From a virus, in the IMG/VR virus record IMGVR_UViG_3300048904_000123, positions 960-64,959 of that record: a stretch of 64,000 nt of DNA; one strand, given 5' to 3'. Positions 7,439-16,408 of this stretch are shown here, piece after piece; the stretch's first letter is position 1; every line of letters begins with the position of its first letter. The notes under the pieces are model-generated. The model was not told the DNA's origin. It was given only the letters and a program-made list of their open reading frames with translations, and searched no databases. The translations under genes and the position numbers were made by a program.

Positions 7439-10150
7439 ATGGGACGTGTCGTTCGCAAGCCCCGTCAGCCTCAGTCCGAGGGCCCCCAACGTGAGATCGC
7501 CTGGAAGGCGGTGCGTGAGTTTCACAAGATGCTCCCGACCCTCACGGGATTCGCCCGGTCTCTGACCGGCAACAACAAGGTTTCGGTTCGGTCTGGCCAG
7601 ACCACACAGACTGACGGCCAGGTCATCACGATCCGTCCGCCGCTGGCGCTCGGCCAGAACCTCAGCCACGAGCGCAGCATGTGTGACGAGCGTGACGAGA
7701 TGACGCTCAAGCAGTTGTGCCCGGCGTGCGCTCGCAACGAAGAGGTGTGGGTCGGACTCTACCACGAGATGTCCCACATCATGCTCGGCAGCTTCGAGAA
7801 GCCGAACGAGGAGTCGCGGCAGGCGATGCACGAGTTGATCGCCGAGTGGCATCCGAAGGATGCGTGCGATCACGCGGACAGTCTGATCCGTGCATCCGAC
7901 GGCGAGACCGGTTACCTGTCGATGTTCAACCGGTTCAGTAATTACACCTGGATTCTTCACCAGGCGCTGGACGACGCGCGCATCGACGGCAGCATGTTGC
8001 TTGCCAAGCCTGGCCTACGTGAGGCGTTCAGCGCTTCGTCGTACCAGACGTTTGCCAACGGACTCGAGAACGCCGACGGCACGCGTCAGTACTGGAGCGA
8101 CGCGCCGGTCAACACGCAGGTGTCCATCGGCATCCTGTTGATGGCGTCCGGATATAGCATCGAGGACGGGTGGTTGCGTCCGGAGGTCATCGAGGTCCTC
8201 AATGACGATGACCTGTACGAGATCATCAACAACGCGGCATCGTGGGACAGCGTTCACGAGACGGCCGATCGAGTCATCAAAGCATTCCGTCGCCTTAACG
8301 AGATGGGCGTGTGTGTTGTTGACAAGTGCGTCCCGCCGGAGCCGACGCCGCCCAGCCTGAACAACGAACACGACGAGGAGAAGTCGGATGATGCGGAACC
8401 TGACAGCGGAGACGGAGAGCCTGATGAAGACTCCGGTGACGGATCTCCCGGATCTTCTGGAGGGGATGGATCTGGCGACGATCCTGGCGAAGATGCACAG
8501 GACGAGTCGGAGTCCGGAGACGCCGGTGAAGCGGGTGGCTCTGCCGGTGGCGACGGGCAGGATTCAGAAGGTGGGTCTGCCGACGATCAGCCCGACGAAG
8601 AGTCAGTACCTGATGACGGCGGAGACGACGGTCAGGATCTTGAGTCAGGACATGGGTCGGACGAGGCGGGTGACGACCAGGACGACACTGACGGCGACGG
8701 AGGTTCGGATAAAGCTGGTATCGTCGGTCCCGCTGGGACTGAAGGTGCGGAGCAAGCTGGCGATGATGAGACTGAAGAGGGTGTACCGGGTGATGATGGG
8801 TCATCCTCTTCGGACAAGTCTGCCGGTTCACATGGCGACGATGCTACACAGGTCGGCACTGGGGACATTGCGGGAGAACCTGTTGACCAGGATGAAGACG
8901 CATCACGTGACGACCCAGGTGCTGGAAGTGAACACCCTGTCGAGGTGGGCACCGAAAGCGGCAGCGGTGACGATGACGAGGAACCCGCTGCTACCGGCGT
9001 CGAAGAGGCTTCTCCTCTAGGCGAGGAAGTCTGGGACGAGCAGTACGACGACGACGGCAACCAGCCTGTTCGATCCATCCCCGCCGAGGAGATGGGCGAC
9101 GCCGAGACTACGTTGTCCGCGTTCGAGAAGTTCAGCGGCCACGAGGAACCCCACACCGAGGGTGATATCCTGTACGGCGAGGACCCCGATGAGGTGTTCG
9201 TCGAGGACGAAGAGCTGATGGTCACGCGTGGCAAGCTTCTCAATGACGCCATCGTACAGTCGGGTTACTTCGATCGCGCATCGACGGGTGTCGGTAGCGT
9301 GGTGGAGTACGAGTTCCCGACTCGACTGTTCGGCTGGATTGATCGTAGCTGGCAGACTCGTCCGGGCGCGTTCATGCCTAGCGAGCAGATCATCGGCAAG
9401 GCCCTGATGCAGGCACGCATCGTGTTCGCCGCCAACAAGCGTTCACGCAACATCGGCGGCCTCACGTCGGGCAAGGTTAACAGTCGAGTCTTGGGGCGTC
9501 GTGCGGCGCTGGGAGATGACCGACTGTTCAAGCGCCGTGAGGTCCCGGGCAAGCGAGACTATGTCGTGGGCATCACGGTTGACGTGTCCGGTTCCATGCA
9601 ATCAGGTACCCGCATGGAGCGAGTCAAGCGTGCCGTGTTCGCCAAGGCCGAGTTGCTCAATCGACTCGGCGTCAAGTTCTACATAACCGCTCACACGGGC
9701 GGCATGGAAGGATGGTGGCGCGACGACGAAGGCTACCTCGGCTACGTGCCCGAGGATGGCGAGATGGAAAACCTCATGATCCTGTGGGTCAAGAAGGTTG
9801 ACGAGCCTTGGAACACGGAGACGCGCAAGCGGTTGGCTGCATTGCAGCCGCTGGCGAACAACTTCGACGGGCACACCCTCGAGTTCCACAGGAAGATCTT
9901 GGAGCGTCGCCCCGAGACTGACAAGATCCTCATCTACTACACGGACGGCGCAATGCCTGCCGCGAACCATGATGAGGAACTGGTCATCCTCACGGACGAG
10001 CTGGCCAAGTTCAAGAAGCTAGGCATTACCCCGCTGGCGGTCGGGATCAACACAAACAGTCCAGCGAGGTACGGTTTCCATACCGTGCGCGTCGACTCGG
10101 ACGATGACCTGATGAAGGTAGTGGAGCAGTTGAAGCACTACCTTCTCTAG
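7439..10150 (+). CDS. CobT-like VWA protein: N-terminal HExxH domain, long acidic linker, C-terminal VWA/MIDAS
   Basis: LYHEMSH and ALDDARID motifs; ~280-aa D/E/G/S-rich linker; MIDAS DVSGSM and YYTDG; SD GAAAGGAAG. Confidence 0.85.
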   Translation: MGRVVRKPRQPQSEGPQREIAWKAVREFHKMLPTLTGFARSLTGNNKVSVRSGQTTQTDGQVITIRPPLALGQNLSHERSMCDERDEMTLKQLCPACARNEEVWVGLYHEMSHIMLGSFEKPNEESRQAMHELIAEWHPKDACDHADSLIRASDGETGYLSMFNRFSNYTWILHQALDDARIDGSMLLAKPGLREAFSASSYQTFANGLENADGTRQYWSDAPVNTQVSIGILLMASGYSIEDGWLRPEVIEVLNDDDLYEIINNAASWDSVHETADRVIKAFRRLNEMGVCVVDKCVPPEPTPPSLNNEHDEEKSDDAEPDSGDGEPDEDSGDGSPGSSGGDGSGDDPGEDAQDESESGDAGEAGGSAGGDGQDSEGGSADDQPDEESVPDDGGDDGQDLESGHGSDEAGDDQDDTDGDGGSDKAGIVGPAGTEGAEQAGDDETEEGVPGDDGSSSSDKSAGSHGDDATQVGTGDIAGEPVDQDEDASRDDPGAGSEHPVEVGTESGSGDDDEEPAATGVEEASPLGEEVWDEQYDDDGNQPVRSIPAEEMGDAETTLSAFEKFSGHEEPHTEGDILYGEDPDEVFVEDEELMVTRGKLLNDAIVQSGYFDRASTGVGSVVEYEFPTRLFGWIDRSWQTRPGAFMPSEQIIGKALMQARIVFAANKRSRNIGGLTSGKVNSRVLGRRAALGDDRLFKRREVPGKRDYVVGITVDVSGSMQSGTRMERVKRAVFAKAELLNRLGVKFYITAHTGGMEGWWRDDEGYLGYVPEDGEMENLMILWVKKVDEPWNTETRKRLAALQPLANNFDGHTLEFHRKILERRPETDKILIYYTDGAMPAANHDEELVILTDELAKFKKLGITPLAVGINTNSPARYGFHTVRVDSDDDLMKVVEQLKHYLL

Positions 10151-10162
10151 CATAGGAGTCAC

Positions 10163-10549
10163 GTGGATATCAAGATGAGTGACCTGCCCAAACTGGTAGG
10201 TACACGGGTCGTGGTGGAGGTCAGTGCTGGCGGTGATAGCTGGACTCACGAAGGTGAGGTTATCGCCGCCAAGGCTACGGACCTGGCAATCAAGACCAAG
10301 ACCGACACGGTGATCATCGACATGAACTTTGTCGATGACATCAGGCCGGCTGATCCCATCGTGAAAGTAGTTCGTCGCAAGGTTCGGCCCGTCGTGCTGG
10401 CCCAGGTTAAGCAGCATCTCCTGGACCGGCACGGCTACCCGTGGGATCTAGTTCGAGCGGCAACGCCGAGCCTAGCCATGCAGATGCATGACAACATCAA
10501 CCATGACCAGCTCGGTCACCGTCATCGCGAGGACGCGAAGGAGGACTGA
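10163..10549 (+). CDS. Hypothetical protein with His-rich C-terminal motif
   Basis: SD AGGAG; KQHLLDRHG...MHDNINHDQLGHRH. Confidence 0.65.
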   Translation: MDIKMSDLPKLVGTRVVVEVSAGGDSWTHEGEVIAAKATDLAIKTKTDTVIIDMNFVDDIRPADPIVKVVRRKVRPVVLAQVKQHLLDRHGYPWDLVRAATPSLAMQMHDNINHDQLGHRHREDAKED

Positions 10550-10647
10550 TGAGTACTCACCCCTTCCTGTGGGCGGCCGGTGTACTGTTCGGCATGTTGC
10601 TGGGCCGGGCGATTCACTGGTGGTTCGACAGGAGAGAAAAAAAGTAA
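10549..10647 (+). CDS. 32-aa membrane micropeptide
   Basis: MSTHPFLWAAGVLFGMLLGRAIHWWFDRREKK; coupled at both ends (TGATG, TAATG). Confidence 0.75.
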   Translation: MSTHPFLWAAGVLFGMLLGRAIHWWFDRREKK

Positions 10648-11357
10648 TGGACACACCGGCGCGCAAATCAGATCCGCCCAACTACTACAAGATGCCGCCG
10701 GTCGGTCTTACCGAGACGCGGGCACGGATTGGACTTCGTGTGATGAGTCAGTACACCGTCCGGTGTGGCAGCATTAACTGCTGGTTCGTCGGCCATGGGG
10801 GCAACCGCGAGGATGCTTTGTTGCTGCTCGATCAGCACGCCTGCCCCACGCCGCCTGCCCGCAACGAGCTGCCAACGGGTCGGTCAACGCTCGAGAAGAT
10901 GTGGGACGAACTCGATGATGTCACAAAGATGATCATCGAGAAGGGAGACTACAACGGGATGCAGGGTGAATCCCTGAAGGGCTACGCGCTGGGCTGCGCG
11001 TTCGCCTTGTCAATGATGACGCATCCCTACTTCAAGACGATCAAAGACATCAGCAAGGAGCTGGGCGCCCGATACAAGATGGGCAAGGGACTTATGGAAT
11101 GGCGACCTACCCCCAGCTACAACTACAACCCGATGCCTGAACCGTTTACCGCCAACATTGTGAGCACAACGCCTGCCGAGAAGCGGGCACCCACGAAGAA
11201 GGCGACGGCACCCAGGAAGGCACCCGCTAAGGTGGATCTCGCACCCGAGATCGTTACCGCAATCAAGGCAGCAGGCGCGATGGGCATGTTCTCGCCGGCT
11301 GAACTTGCCAAGATGTACAATGCAACCGAAGCTCAGGTTAAAGAGATCATGGGTTGA
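10647..11357 (+). CDS. Hypothetical protein
   Basis: Start at MDTPARK; Cys/His motif, basic A/P/K linker, short helical C-terminus. Confidence 0.7.
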   Translation: MDTPARKSDPPNYYKMPPVGLTETRARIGLRVMSQYTVRCGSINCWFVGHGGNREDALLLLDQHACPTPPARNELPTGRSTLEKMWDELDDVTKMIIEKGDYNGMQGESLKGYALGCAFALSMMTHPYFKTIKDISKELGARYKMGKGLMEWRPTPSYNYNPMPEPFTANIVSTTPAEKRAPTKKATAPRKAPAKVDLAPEIVTAIKAAGAMGMFSPAELAKMYNATEAQVKEIMG

Positions 11358-11383
11358 CATAGGTTGTATAGATGTGATACTAT
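11354..11383 (+). promoter_or_regulatory. Housekeeping sigma (HrdB/sigma70-type) promoter
   Basis: TTGACA (11354-59), 18-nt spacer, TACTAT (11378-83) with extended -10 TG. Confidence 0.75.
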
Positions 11384-11407
11384 AGGTTGAGCCTGGGAGG
11401 TAGGGGA

Positions 11408-11833
11408 ATGGCGCGCAACACTGCCGACGATTGTATGTTCTGTGGTCTCAACCACGCGGGCAACTGTGGAGGCAAGAAGCCGAAACCTACCGCCCAGGCT
11501 CGACCTAAGCTATCACCTCAGACCAAACCCCCGGTAGCGCCAGCCCCCCAGGTTACGGGCGCTACCCCAGCTAGCAAGGTTGGGCCAAGCGTTGAGCAAA
11601 CTCGCGTGCCCGCTCCGCCGCCTGCTGCAACAGGCAGGCCCAACCTTGCTAGTGTGGCACGGGTAAAGGACGCCGACGAAGAGGCGCTTGCATATGCAGT
11701 CACGTGCTTCGCCGAGCAAGACATGCTACATCGGGACACGCTAGAAGAACTGCGACACCTCGTCCGGCTTCCGGACTGGAAGATTAGAGCAATGATCTGG
11801 AGGCAGGACAATGCAGCAGTACAACTGGAATGA
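11408..11833 (+). CDS. Hypothetical protein with N-terminal CxxC/H/C motif and Pro-rich linker
   Basis: MARNTADDCMFCGLNHAGNC; SD GGAGG/AGGGG. Confidence 0.65.
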   Translation: MARNTADDCMFCGLNHAGNCGGKKPKPTAQARPKLSPQTKPPVAPAPQVTGATPASKVGPSVEQTRVPAPPPAATGRPNLASVARVKDADEEALAYAVTCFAEQDMLHRDTLEELRHLVRLPDWKIRAMIWRQDNAAVQLE

Positions 11834-12563
11834 CAGCTCCATGGATGCACAAGAGACTACCGTGTTCGGATCCAACCAGTACACGCGGACGCAGAACGGG
11901 CAGATCCTCATCAACAAGCACATGTCATCTGTTAAAGAGATGATTGACGTAGTCAACTCGCATACGGTGCGGTTCGATCCGACTACTCACTCATTTAAAT
12001 GTACCTGCCTTGCCAAGGACTGGTGCATTCACCGGGAGAGTTACTTCAGGGCGGGCCACGATCGAGACTACCTGATGTCGGTAGCCTCGGTTAAGCGAGT
12101 CTCGATAATCCCCGTGAAGTACACCATCATGCATGGCTACGTTACGGTGCCGATCGAGGTCGAGGTCTTCAGCGAGAAGGAGATTCTCGACAACGGCAAC
12201 GGTGACAGTAAGATGCACAGGCTGTCTTTTCAGGATCATTACCTCTGGATGGATGAACTGACATCCGGGTGGGACCTGATCAAGATGGTGCTTGCCGAGG
12301 TTCGGTTGACATCCACGTTCAAGAAGTGGACCAGCTGGGGATTGATGGGCATGATCCCCAAGGGACAGAAGTGCAAGAACAGGCATCACGATAACGGTGA
12401 TAACCAAGTCTTCAATTCGATGTGTAAAGACTTGGCGCAAGAGCCTCTCGTTTTCACCGACTACATCTTGGCTAACGCCTTCTACGACGAGTACTATGGC
12501 AGATGCCTGTCATGCTTCGAGGTGCTAAACAAGTTGAACGACGACATCCCGAGTATGCCCTGA
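11811..12563 (+). CDS. SWIM-type zinc-finger protein (putative)
   Basis: FKCTCLAKDWCIH matches CxC-xn-CxH. Confidence 0.55.
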   Translation: MQQYNWNDSSMDAQETTVFGSNQYTRTQNGQILINKHMSSVKEMIDVVNSHTVRFDPTTHSFKCTCLAKDWCIHRESYFRAGHDRDYLMSVASVKRVSIIPVKYTIMHGYVTVPIEVEVFSEKEILDNGNGDSKMHRLSFQDHYLWMDELTSGWDLIKMVLAEVRLTSTFKKWTSWGLMGMIPKGQKCKNRHHDNGDNQVFNSMCKDLAQEPLVFTDYILANAFYDEYYGRCLSCFEVLNKLNDDIPSMP

Positions 12564-12808
12564 TGCCACACTACTCATCAGACAGGTGTAGCGGGTGCGG
12601 CAACATCACCAGCCCCGAGCTACTCACCATCAAGCGTGCAACGTTCTCCCCACGGTTGAAGTCAACTAAGACTGTGCGGTCCCGCGTGGTTGCGTGGCTG
12701 TGCGAAGGCTGCCTCGACAAGGACGAGGACTACAACCGGGAAGCGTACAGCAGCACCGGCATGAAGAGTGAACCACTGGAACGTGCAAGGAAAGGCGAGG
12801 TAACCTAA
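12563..12808 (+). CDS. Zinc-ribbon protein
   Basis: CSGCG...WLCEGC; TGATG coupling. Confidence 0.7.
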   Translation: MPHYSSDRCSGCGNITSPELLTIKRATFSPRLKSTKTVRSRVVAWLCEGCLDKDEDYNREAYSSTGMKSEPLERARKGEVT

Positions 12809-13428
12809 TGCCAAGGTCTGCTGCATGGTCGCCGGGATTCAGGCGTCAACCGCCCGGCGTCAAGAAGATCGGTAGCCACATGGTTGCCCTGCTGGACGCC
12901 AACCGAGCGACGGTGCGAATCGTCAGTAATCCGTCGGGCGAAGTACAGAAGGACATCGAGGATGATACACCGCCCGAGCCGGGCGACGAGGTCGTGCTGT
13001 CCTTCGAGAACCGATACAAGAAGTACGGCATCAACCTGAGCGCATACACTGAAGAGGAGTTGGATCTCCTCGAGCAGATCATCAAGGAAGCGTTCGACCA
13101 CGCAAGGCCCATCGTCCAAGCGAGAGACCGAGTAGCTGAGGAGGCTGCAAACCATGGGCTCGATATCTTTTACCGACGCCACCGAGGTGCTCCGAAGCTT
13201 TCTATTTTCAAAAGGGCGAGCGGATCACACGGTCAAGGCGTACCTGACGGATCTGAAAATGTTCTGGCAGGAGATGGATCTGGAGACCATCGACCTGCCG
13301 GAGCTGGAGATCCTGGGGGCGACGTGGCTGAACACGCGGCGCAGGGTGATGTCCCCCAAGACAACGGGGCGACGGCTCACCACCATCAAGAACCTCGGGC
13401 TCGCATACAAGGTCGCGATCCTCACTGA
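12808..13428 (+). CDS. Hypothetical protein whose 3' 275 nt overlap the recombinase gene
   Basis: TAATG coupling; protein-like N-terminal ~115 aa. Confidence 0.6.
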   Translation: MPRSAAWSPGFRRQPPGVKKIGSHMVALLDANRATVRIVSNPSGEVQKDIEDDTPPEPGDEVVLSFENRYKKYGINLSAYTEEELDLLEQIIKEAFDHARPIVQARDRVAEEAANHGLDIFYRRHRGAPKLSIFKRASGSHGQGVPDGSENVLAGDGSGDHRPAGAGDPGGDVAEHAAQGDVPQDNGATAHHHQEPRARIQGRDPH

Positions 13429-13984
13429 GTATACGCCGCCGACACCAGCTACCCCCAAGCCGCACCCCCTCCCCGGTGGTACGGCTGACCTGAAGTCGTT
13501 GATCGATGGGTGCTATCTCGACGAGCACAAGGCGCTGGTCACATTGACCGGGCTGTGCGGCGCTCGTGTGTCGGAGGCTCGCGACGTGACGCCGGACGAC
13601 TTCAACCTCGAGAAGCGAACCGTCGAGATCTGGGGCAAGGGCGACAAGGTCCGCATCATCCCACTCAGTGACATGGCCTGGGAAATTCTTCTTCCGATCA
13701 TCGTCGATCGTATGACGACTGATCGCTGTACGCAGCCGCTCATCAGCATGGGCGATCGCACCGCTCGCGAACTCATCACGACACTGGGACGTCGTGCTGG
13801 AATCTCGCGCCCCATCAGCTCGCACGACCTGCGAGCTACCTTTGCTACGGCGGCGTACAACGTAAGTAAAGACATCCGTGCCGTGCAACTCCTGCTCGGC
13901 CACGCAAGCAGCAAGCAGACCGAACTGTACATCGGTGTCGCCGACGACCAGATGCGCACGGCTGCTAACTTCATGGGAGTTTAA
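13154..13984 (+). CDS. XerC/D-like tyrosine recombinase
   Basis: GARVSE (R), WGKGDK (K), SHDLRATF (HxxR), LLGHAS...TELY (H, Y); SD GAGGAGG; no arm-binding domain. Confidence 0.9.
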   Translation: MGSISFTDATEVLRSFLFSKGRADHTVKAYLTDLKMFWQEMDLETIDLPELEILGATWLNTRRRVMSPKTTGRRLTTIKNLGLAYKVAILTEYTPPTPATPKPHPLPGGTADLKSLIDGCYLDEHKALVTLTGLCGARVSEARDVTPDDFNLEKRTVEIWGKGDKVRIIPLSDMAWEILLPIIVDRMTTDRCTQPLISMGDRTARELITTLGRRAGISRPISSHDLRATFATAAYNVSKDIRAVQLLLGHASSKQTELYIGVADDQMRTAANFMGV

Positions 13985-13986
13985 AA

Positions 13987-14166
13987 ATGGCAGGCATTCG
14001 CTGGCGGCTTCTGGCCAACGTCTTGTTGTTCATCGGGGTGCTGATGATCTTCATCATCGCGGAGACTGGCGTCACCAAGACGGCGCTTGTTATCTGCGCC
14101 GGGTCCTGGGCCGTCGGCCTGCTCATGCATCTGATTGGGCCGGGCAAGGAGGACAAGGGGCGATGA
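13987..14166 (+). CDS. 59-aa two-TM membrane protein
   Basis: Hand-translated MAGIRWRLLANVLLFIGVLMIFIIA...VICAGSWAVGLLMHLIG. Confidence 0.7.
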   Translation: MAGIRWRLLANVLLFIGVLMIFIIAETGVTKTALVICAGSWAVGLLMHLIGPGKEDKGR

Positions 14167-14249
14167 GGAACGGCTACACTTTCGCATGGTCCCTGTTCGG
14201 GGTGTTCGTTCTGCTGAACATCATCATCATCGCTTTGGCGGTGCGATGA
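14163..14249 (+). CDS. 28-aa membrane micropeptide
   Basis: MRNGYTFAWSLFGVFVLLNIIIIALAVR; ATGA overlaps at both ends. Confidence 0.7.
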   Translation: MRNGYTFAWSLFGVFVLLNIIIIALAVR

Positions 14250-14329
14250 GACTCCGACACGTTCTACTTCTGCTGTTCGGCGTGCTGTGTATCATCGACG
14301 GCCTGCTGTGCATCTACTGGTACGGGTGA
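14246..14329 (+). CDS. 27-aa membrane micropeptide
   Basis: MRLRHVLLLLFGVLCIIDGLLCIYWYG; ATGA overlap. Confidence 0.7.
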   Translation: MRLRHVLLLLFGVLCIIDGLLCIYWYG

Positions 14330-14335
14330 GGTGAG

Positions 14336-14428
14336 ATGAAGAATCAGACAGTCTGGATCGGTCTTGCCGTGATACTCGCAGTGCAGATTCTTGCTGACAC
14401 CATCGTGATCTGGCTGGGCTGGCGATGA
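14336..14428 (+). CDS. 30-aa membrane micropeptide
   Basis: MKNQTVWIGLAVILAVQILADTIVIWLGWR; SD GAGGTG; ATGA overlap with next gene. Confidence 0.7.
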   Translation: MKNQTVWIGLAVILAVQILADTIVIWLGWR

Positions 14429-14661
14429 TCCACGACGACACTTGTCCGCGTCCATTCAAGAAAGACTGCCTACAGTTCAGTACTGACGGAACACGCATGG
14501 GTGCAGAGATAGCGCACACCATGGGCACGACGGACGAGGAGAAGATCAAGAGAAATTCGACTGACAGCCTCGTATCTTTCGAGGATGCCAAGGATCTTAT
14601 GACCGGCATGGATGCCGAACAGGCTGAATGGGATTCGGAGGACGCGTCAGCATGGCAGTAA
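14425..14661 (+). CDS. Small hypothetical protein
   Basis: Coupled ORF with acidic C-terminus. Confidence 0.6.
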   Translation: MIHDDTCPRPFKKDCLQFSTDGTRMGAEIAHTMGTTDEEKIKRNSTDSLVSFEDAKDLMTGMDAEQAEWDSEDASAWQ

Positions 14662-15311
14662 CTGCTCCTGTTAACAACATATACGTAACTGGCTTCTGCG
14701 GGATCGGCAGCCACGAGGGGCTGAAGATCAAGTCGCCCTCCGGTGCGCTGCTCAAGACGTGCCCGGTCGGTGGCCGCGTCGAGATGTACGGATACAACGA
14801 CAGGCACATCGGCACGGCGGAATGCACGTGCGAGTGCCACGACATGAGCCGCCAGATGGAGGACATGTCTGGCATCAAGTTCCCGTCGCGCGATTCGGTG
14901 AAGGAATCTTCTCCGTTGTCCGGGCTGGGTTACCTTCGAGCCGCGGGCGACGGGACCAACCCGGACGGTTCGGGCCGGAGCGTCGATCCTGATGCCCCTA
15001 GCGTGGTCGTTGCGTCGGGTGCCCGGTTCGCCGTCACACCGACAGGCCGGTCGGCGCGGGGCCAACTGGAGGAGCAGGTTCGGCACGTTGTATCCGTGCA
15101 GGTCAAGGCGGCCGGCGAGGAGATGATCGCCATGCTGGGGCTGACGCCGACGATGATCGGCCTGGCCATCGACAAGGAGAACCCCCCAAGCTCGGGCGCA
15201 ATCTACGCCGTCCTGAAGCGCTGGGAAGGGTCGGCAATGGTGGACCTCGGCGAGAAGCCTTTCCGATTCCTGCGGTTCACGGATCGCGGCAAGCGGGATC
15301 TGCTCAAGTGA
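14652..15311 (+). CDS. Hypothetical protein: N-terminal Cys/His cluster and possible C-terminal winged HTH
   Basis: FCGIGSH...TC...CTCECH; LTPTMIGLAI...PSSGAIYAVLKRW. Confidence 0.6.
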   Translation: MAVTAPVNNIYVTGFCGIGSHEGLKIKSPSGALLKTCPVGGRVEMYGYNDRHIGTAECTCECHDMSRQMEDMSGIKFPSRDSVKESSPLSGLGYLRAAGDGTNPDGSGRSVDPDAPSVVVASGARFAVTPTGRSARGQLEEQVRHVVSVQVKAAGEEMIAMLGLTPTMIGLAIDKENPPSSGAIYAVLKRWEGSAMVDLGEKPFRFLRFTDRGKRDLLK

Positions 15312-15556
15312 AGACAATCATTTGCCAGATCAGCGGCTCGCTACCGATGCAGTCATGTGGCAAACGTGCGGACCAGATCTACAAGTGCGAAGAGATTGGT
15401 CCGCACGAAAACCACAAGGTCGGGGATCACACGATCGTGCACGAGAGGTATGGCAACGGATACTCTTGCGCACGAATCGAAGAGGCAATCCAGAAGCTCG
15501 GGCGCGGAGAAGCACTTGTGTCTGCGCCAATCAAGTACACGGTCATTGGGCGATGA
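15308..15556 (+). CDS. Small Cys-rich protein
   Basis: GTGA overlap; several C/H residues. Confidence 0.6.
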   Translation: MKTIICQISGSLPMQSCGKRADQIYKCEEIGPHENHKVGDHTIVHERYGNGYSCARIEEAIQKLGRGEALVSAPIKYTVIGR

Positions 15557-15858
15557 CCGCAGCGGGCAAGGACGAGCCGGTGCCCGATCCCGAGAAGGTT
15601 GGGCTACCTGCAACACCATTCTTCTATATGCTGGATCAGGTAGCTACAATGCTGGGCCAGACCGTAGAAGACATGATGCACACCCGCCTGTTCTACGCAG
15701 GCCGGTCACGGGGTAGGCAATTCCCTAGGCAGCTACGCGCTGTCAACATCGCACCCAACGATGACGATAAGCCGGACTGGAGGATCAGCGAGGGCGAACT
15801 CATTCGCTGGTGCAAGGCGTGCGGCTTCCGAGTGTATTCCCGTGGCCGAGTGGTGTAA
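15553..15858 (+). CDS. MerR/excisionase-like HTH protein (putative)
   Basis: FYMLDQVATML...LRAVNI...WRISEGELIRW pattern. Confidence 0.5.
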   Translation: MTAAGKDEPVPDPEKVGLPATPFFYMLDQVATMLGQTVEDMMHTRLFYAGRSRGRQFPRQLRAVNIAPNDDDKPDWRISEGELIRWCKACGFRVYSRGRVV

Positions 15859-15885
15859 GTAATACCTCCGATAGAAACTTCCCCC

Positions 15886-15915
15886 TAGACAAATCGGTCA
15901 TAGGCGGGGTAGGGT
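15886..15915 (+). promoter_or_regulatory. Housekeeping sigma promoter
   Basis: TAGACA, 18-nt spacer, TAGGGT, upstream of SD GAAAGGG and ATG 15938. Confidence 0.6.
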
Positions 15916-15937
15916 TACAGGACGAAAGGGACGCAAC

Positions 15938-16408
15938 ATGAACATGAAGTCAACGGCAGCAACTCGGGTCGTCACCGAGGACTTCGAGGTTCCGGCACTG
16001 ATCGATCACATCGACGCGGCGCAGGAAGTCTTCGAGGCGGCGGCAACGGCGAAGCTGCTCTGCCAGAGCGAGTACGACGACGCCAAGCGGCTGCTCGAGC
16101 AGCGCACCGCGGAGATCACCGCTACCGTCATCGAGGCCGAATACAGCAACAACTCGAAGGTCACGCAGGCCGCCGTCGATCGAGCCGTCAAGCTGTCAAT
16201 CGCGGCCGACAAGCGTTGGATCGAGATCGAGAACAACCTCTCCGACGCCAAGGCGGAGCTGGACAACGCCAACACCAACTACGAGGTCGCGCGCCTCGAC
16301 CACCGAACGTCGGTCGCCAAGGCCAACCTGGCGGCGGCGAGCCTGACGTTCATGGGCCAGAGCAAGGCAGCACGGTCGGCGGCGCTGGGCATCCTCGGCG
16401 AGCTGTAG
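15938..16408 (+). CDS. Coiled-coil protein, possibly a UvsY-like recombination mediator
   Basis: All-helical with KVTQAAVDRAV motif; lies directly upstream of the SSB-like gene; family call is an inference. Confidence 0.45.
   Translation: MNMKSTAATRVVTEDFEVPALIDHIDAAQEVFEAAATAKLLCQSEYDDAKRLLEQRTAEITATVIEAEYSNNSKVTQAAVDRAVKLSIAADKRWIEIENNLSDAKAELDNANTNYEVARLDHRTSVAKANLAAASLTFMGQSKAARSAALGILGEL

Noticed and set aside
8340-9200. Acidic low-complexity stretch as a repeat element or misassembly
   Set aside because: In frame with no exact tandem units; acidic linkers are typical of CobT/midasin-like VWA proteins
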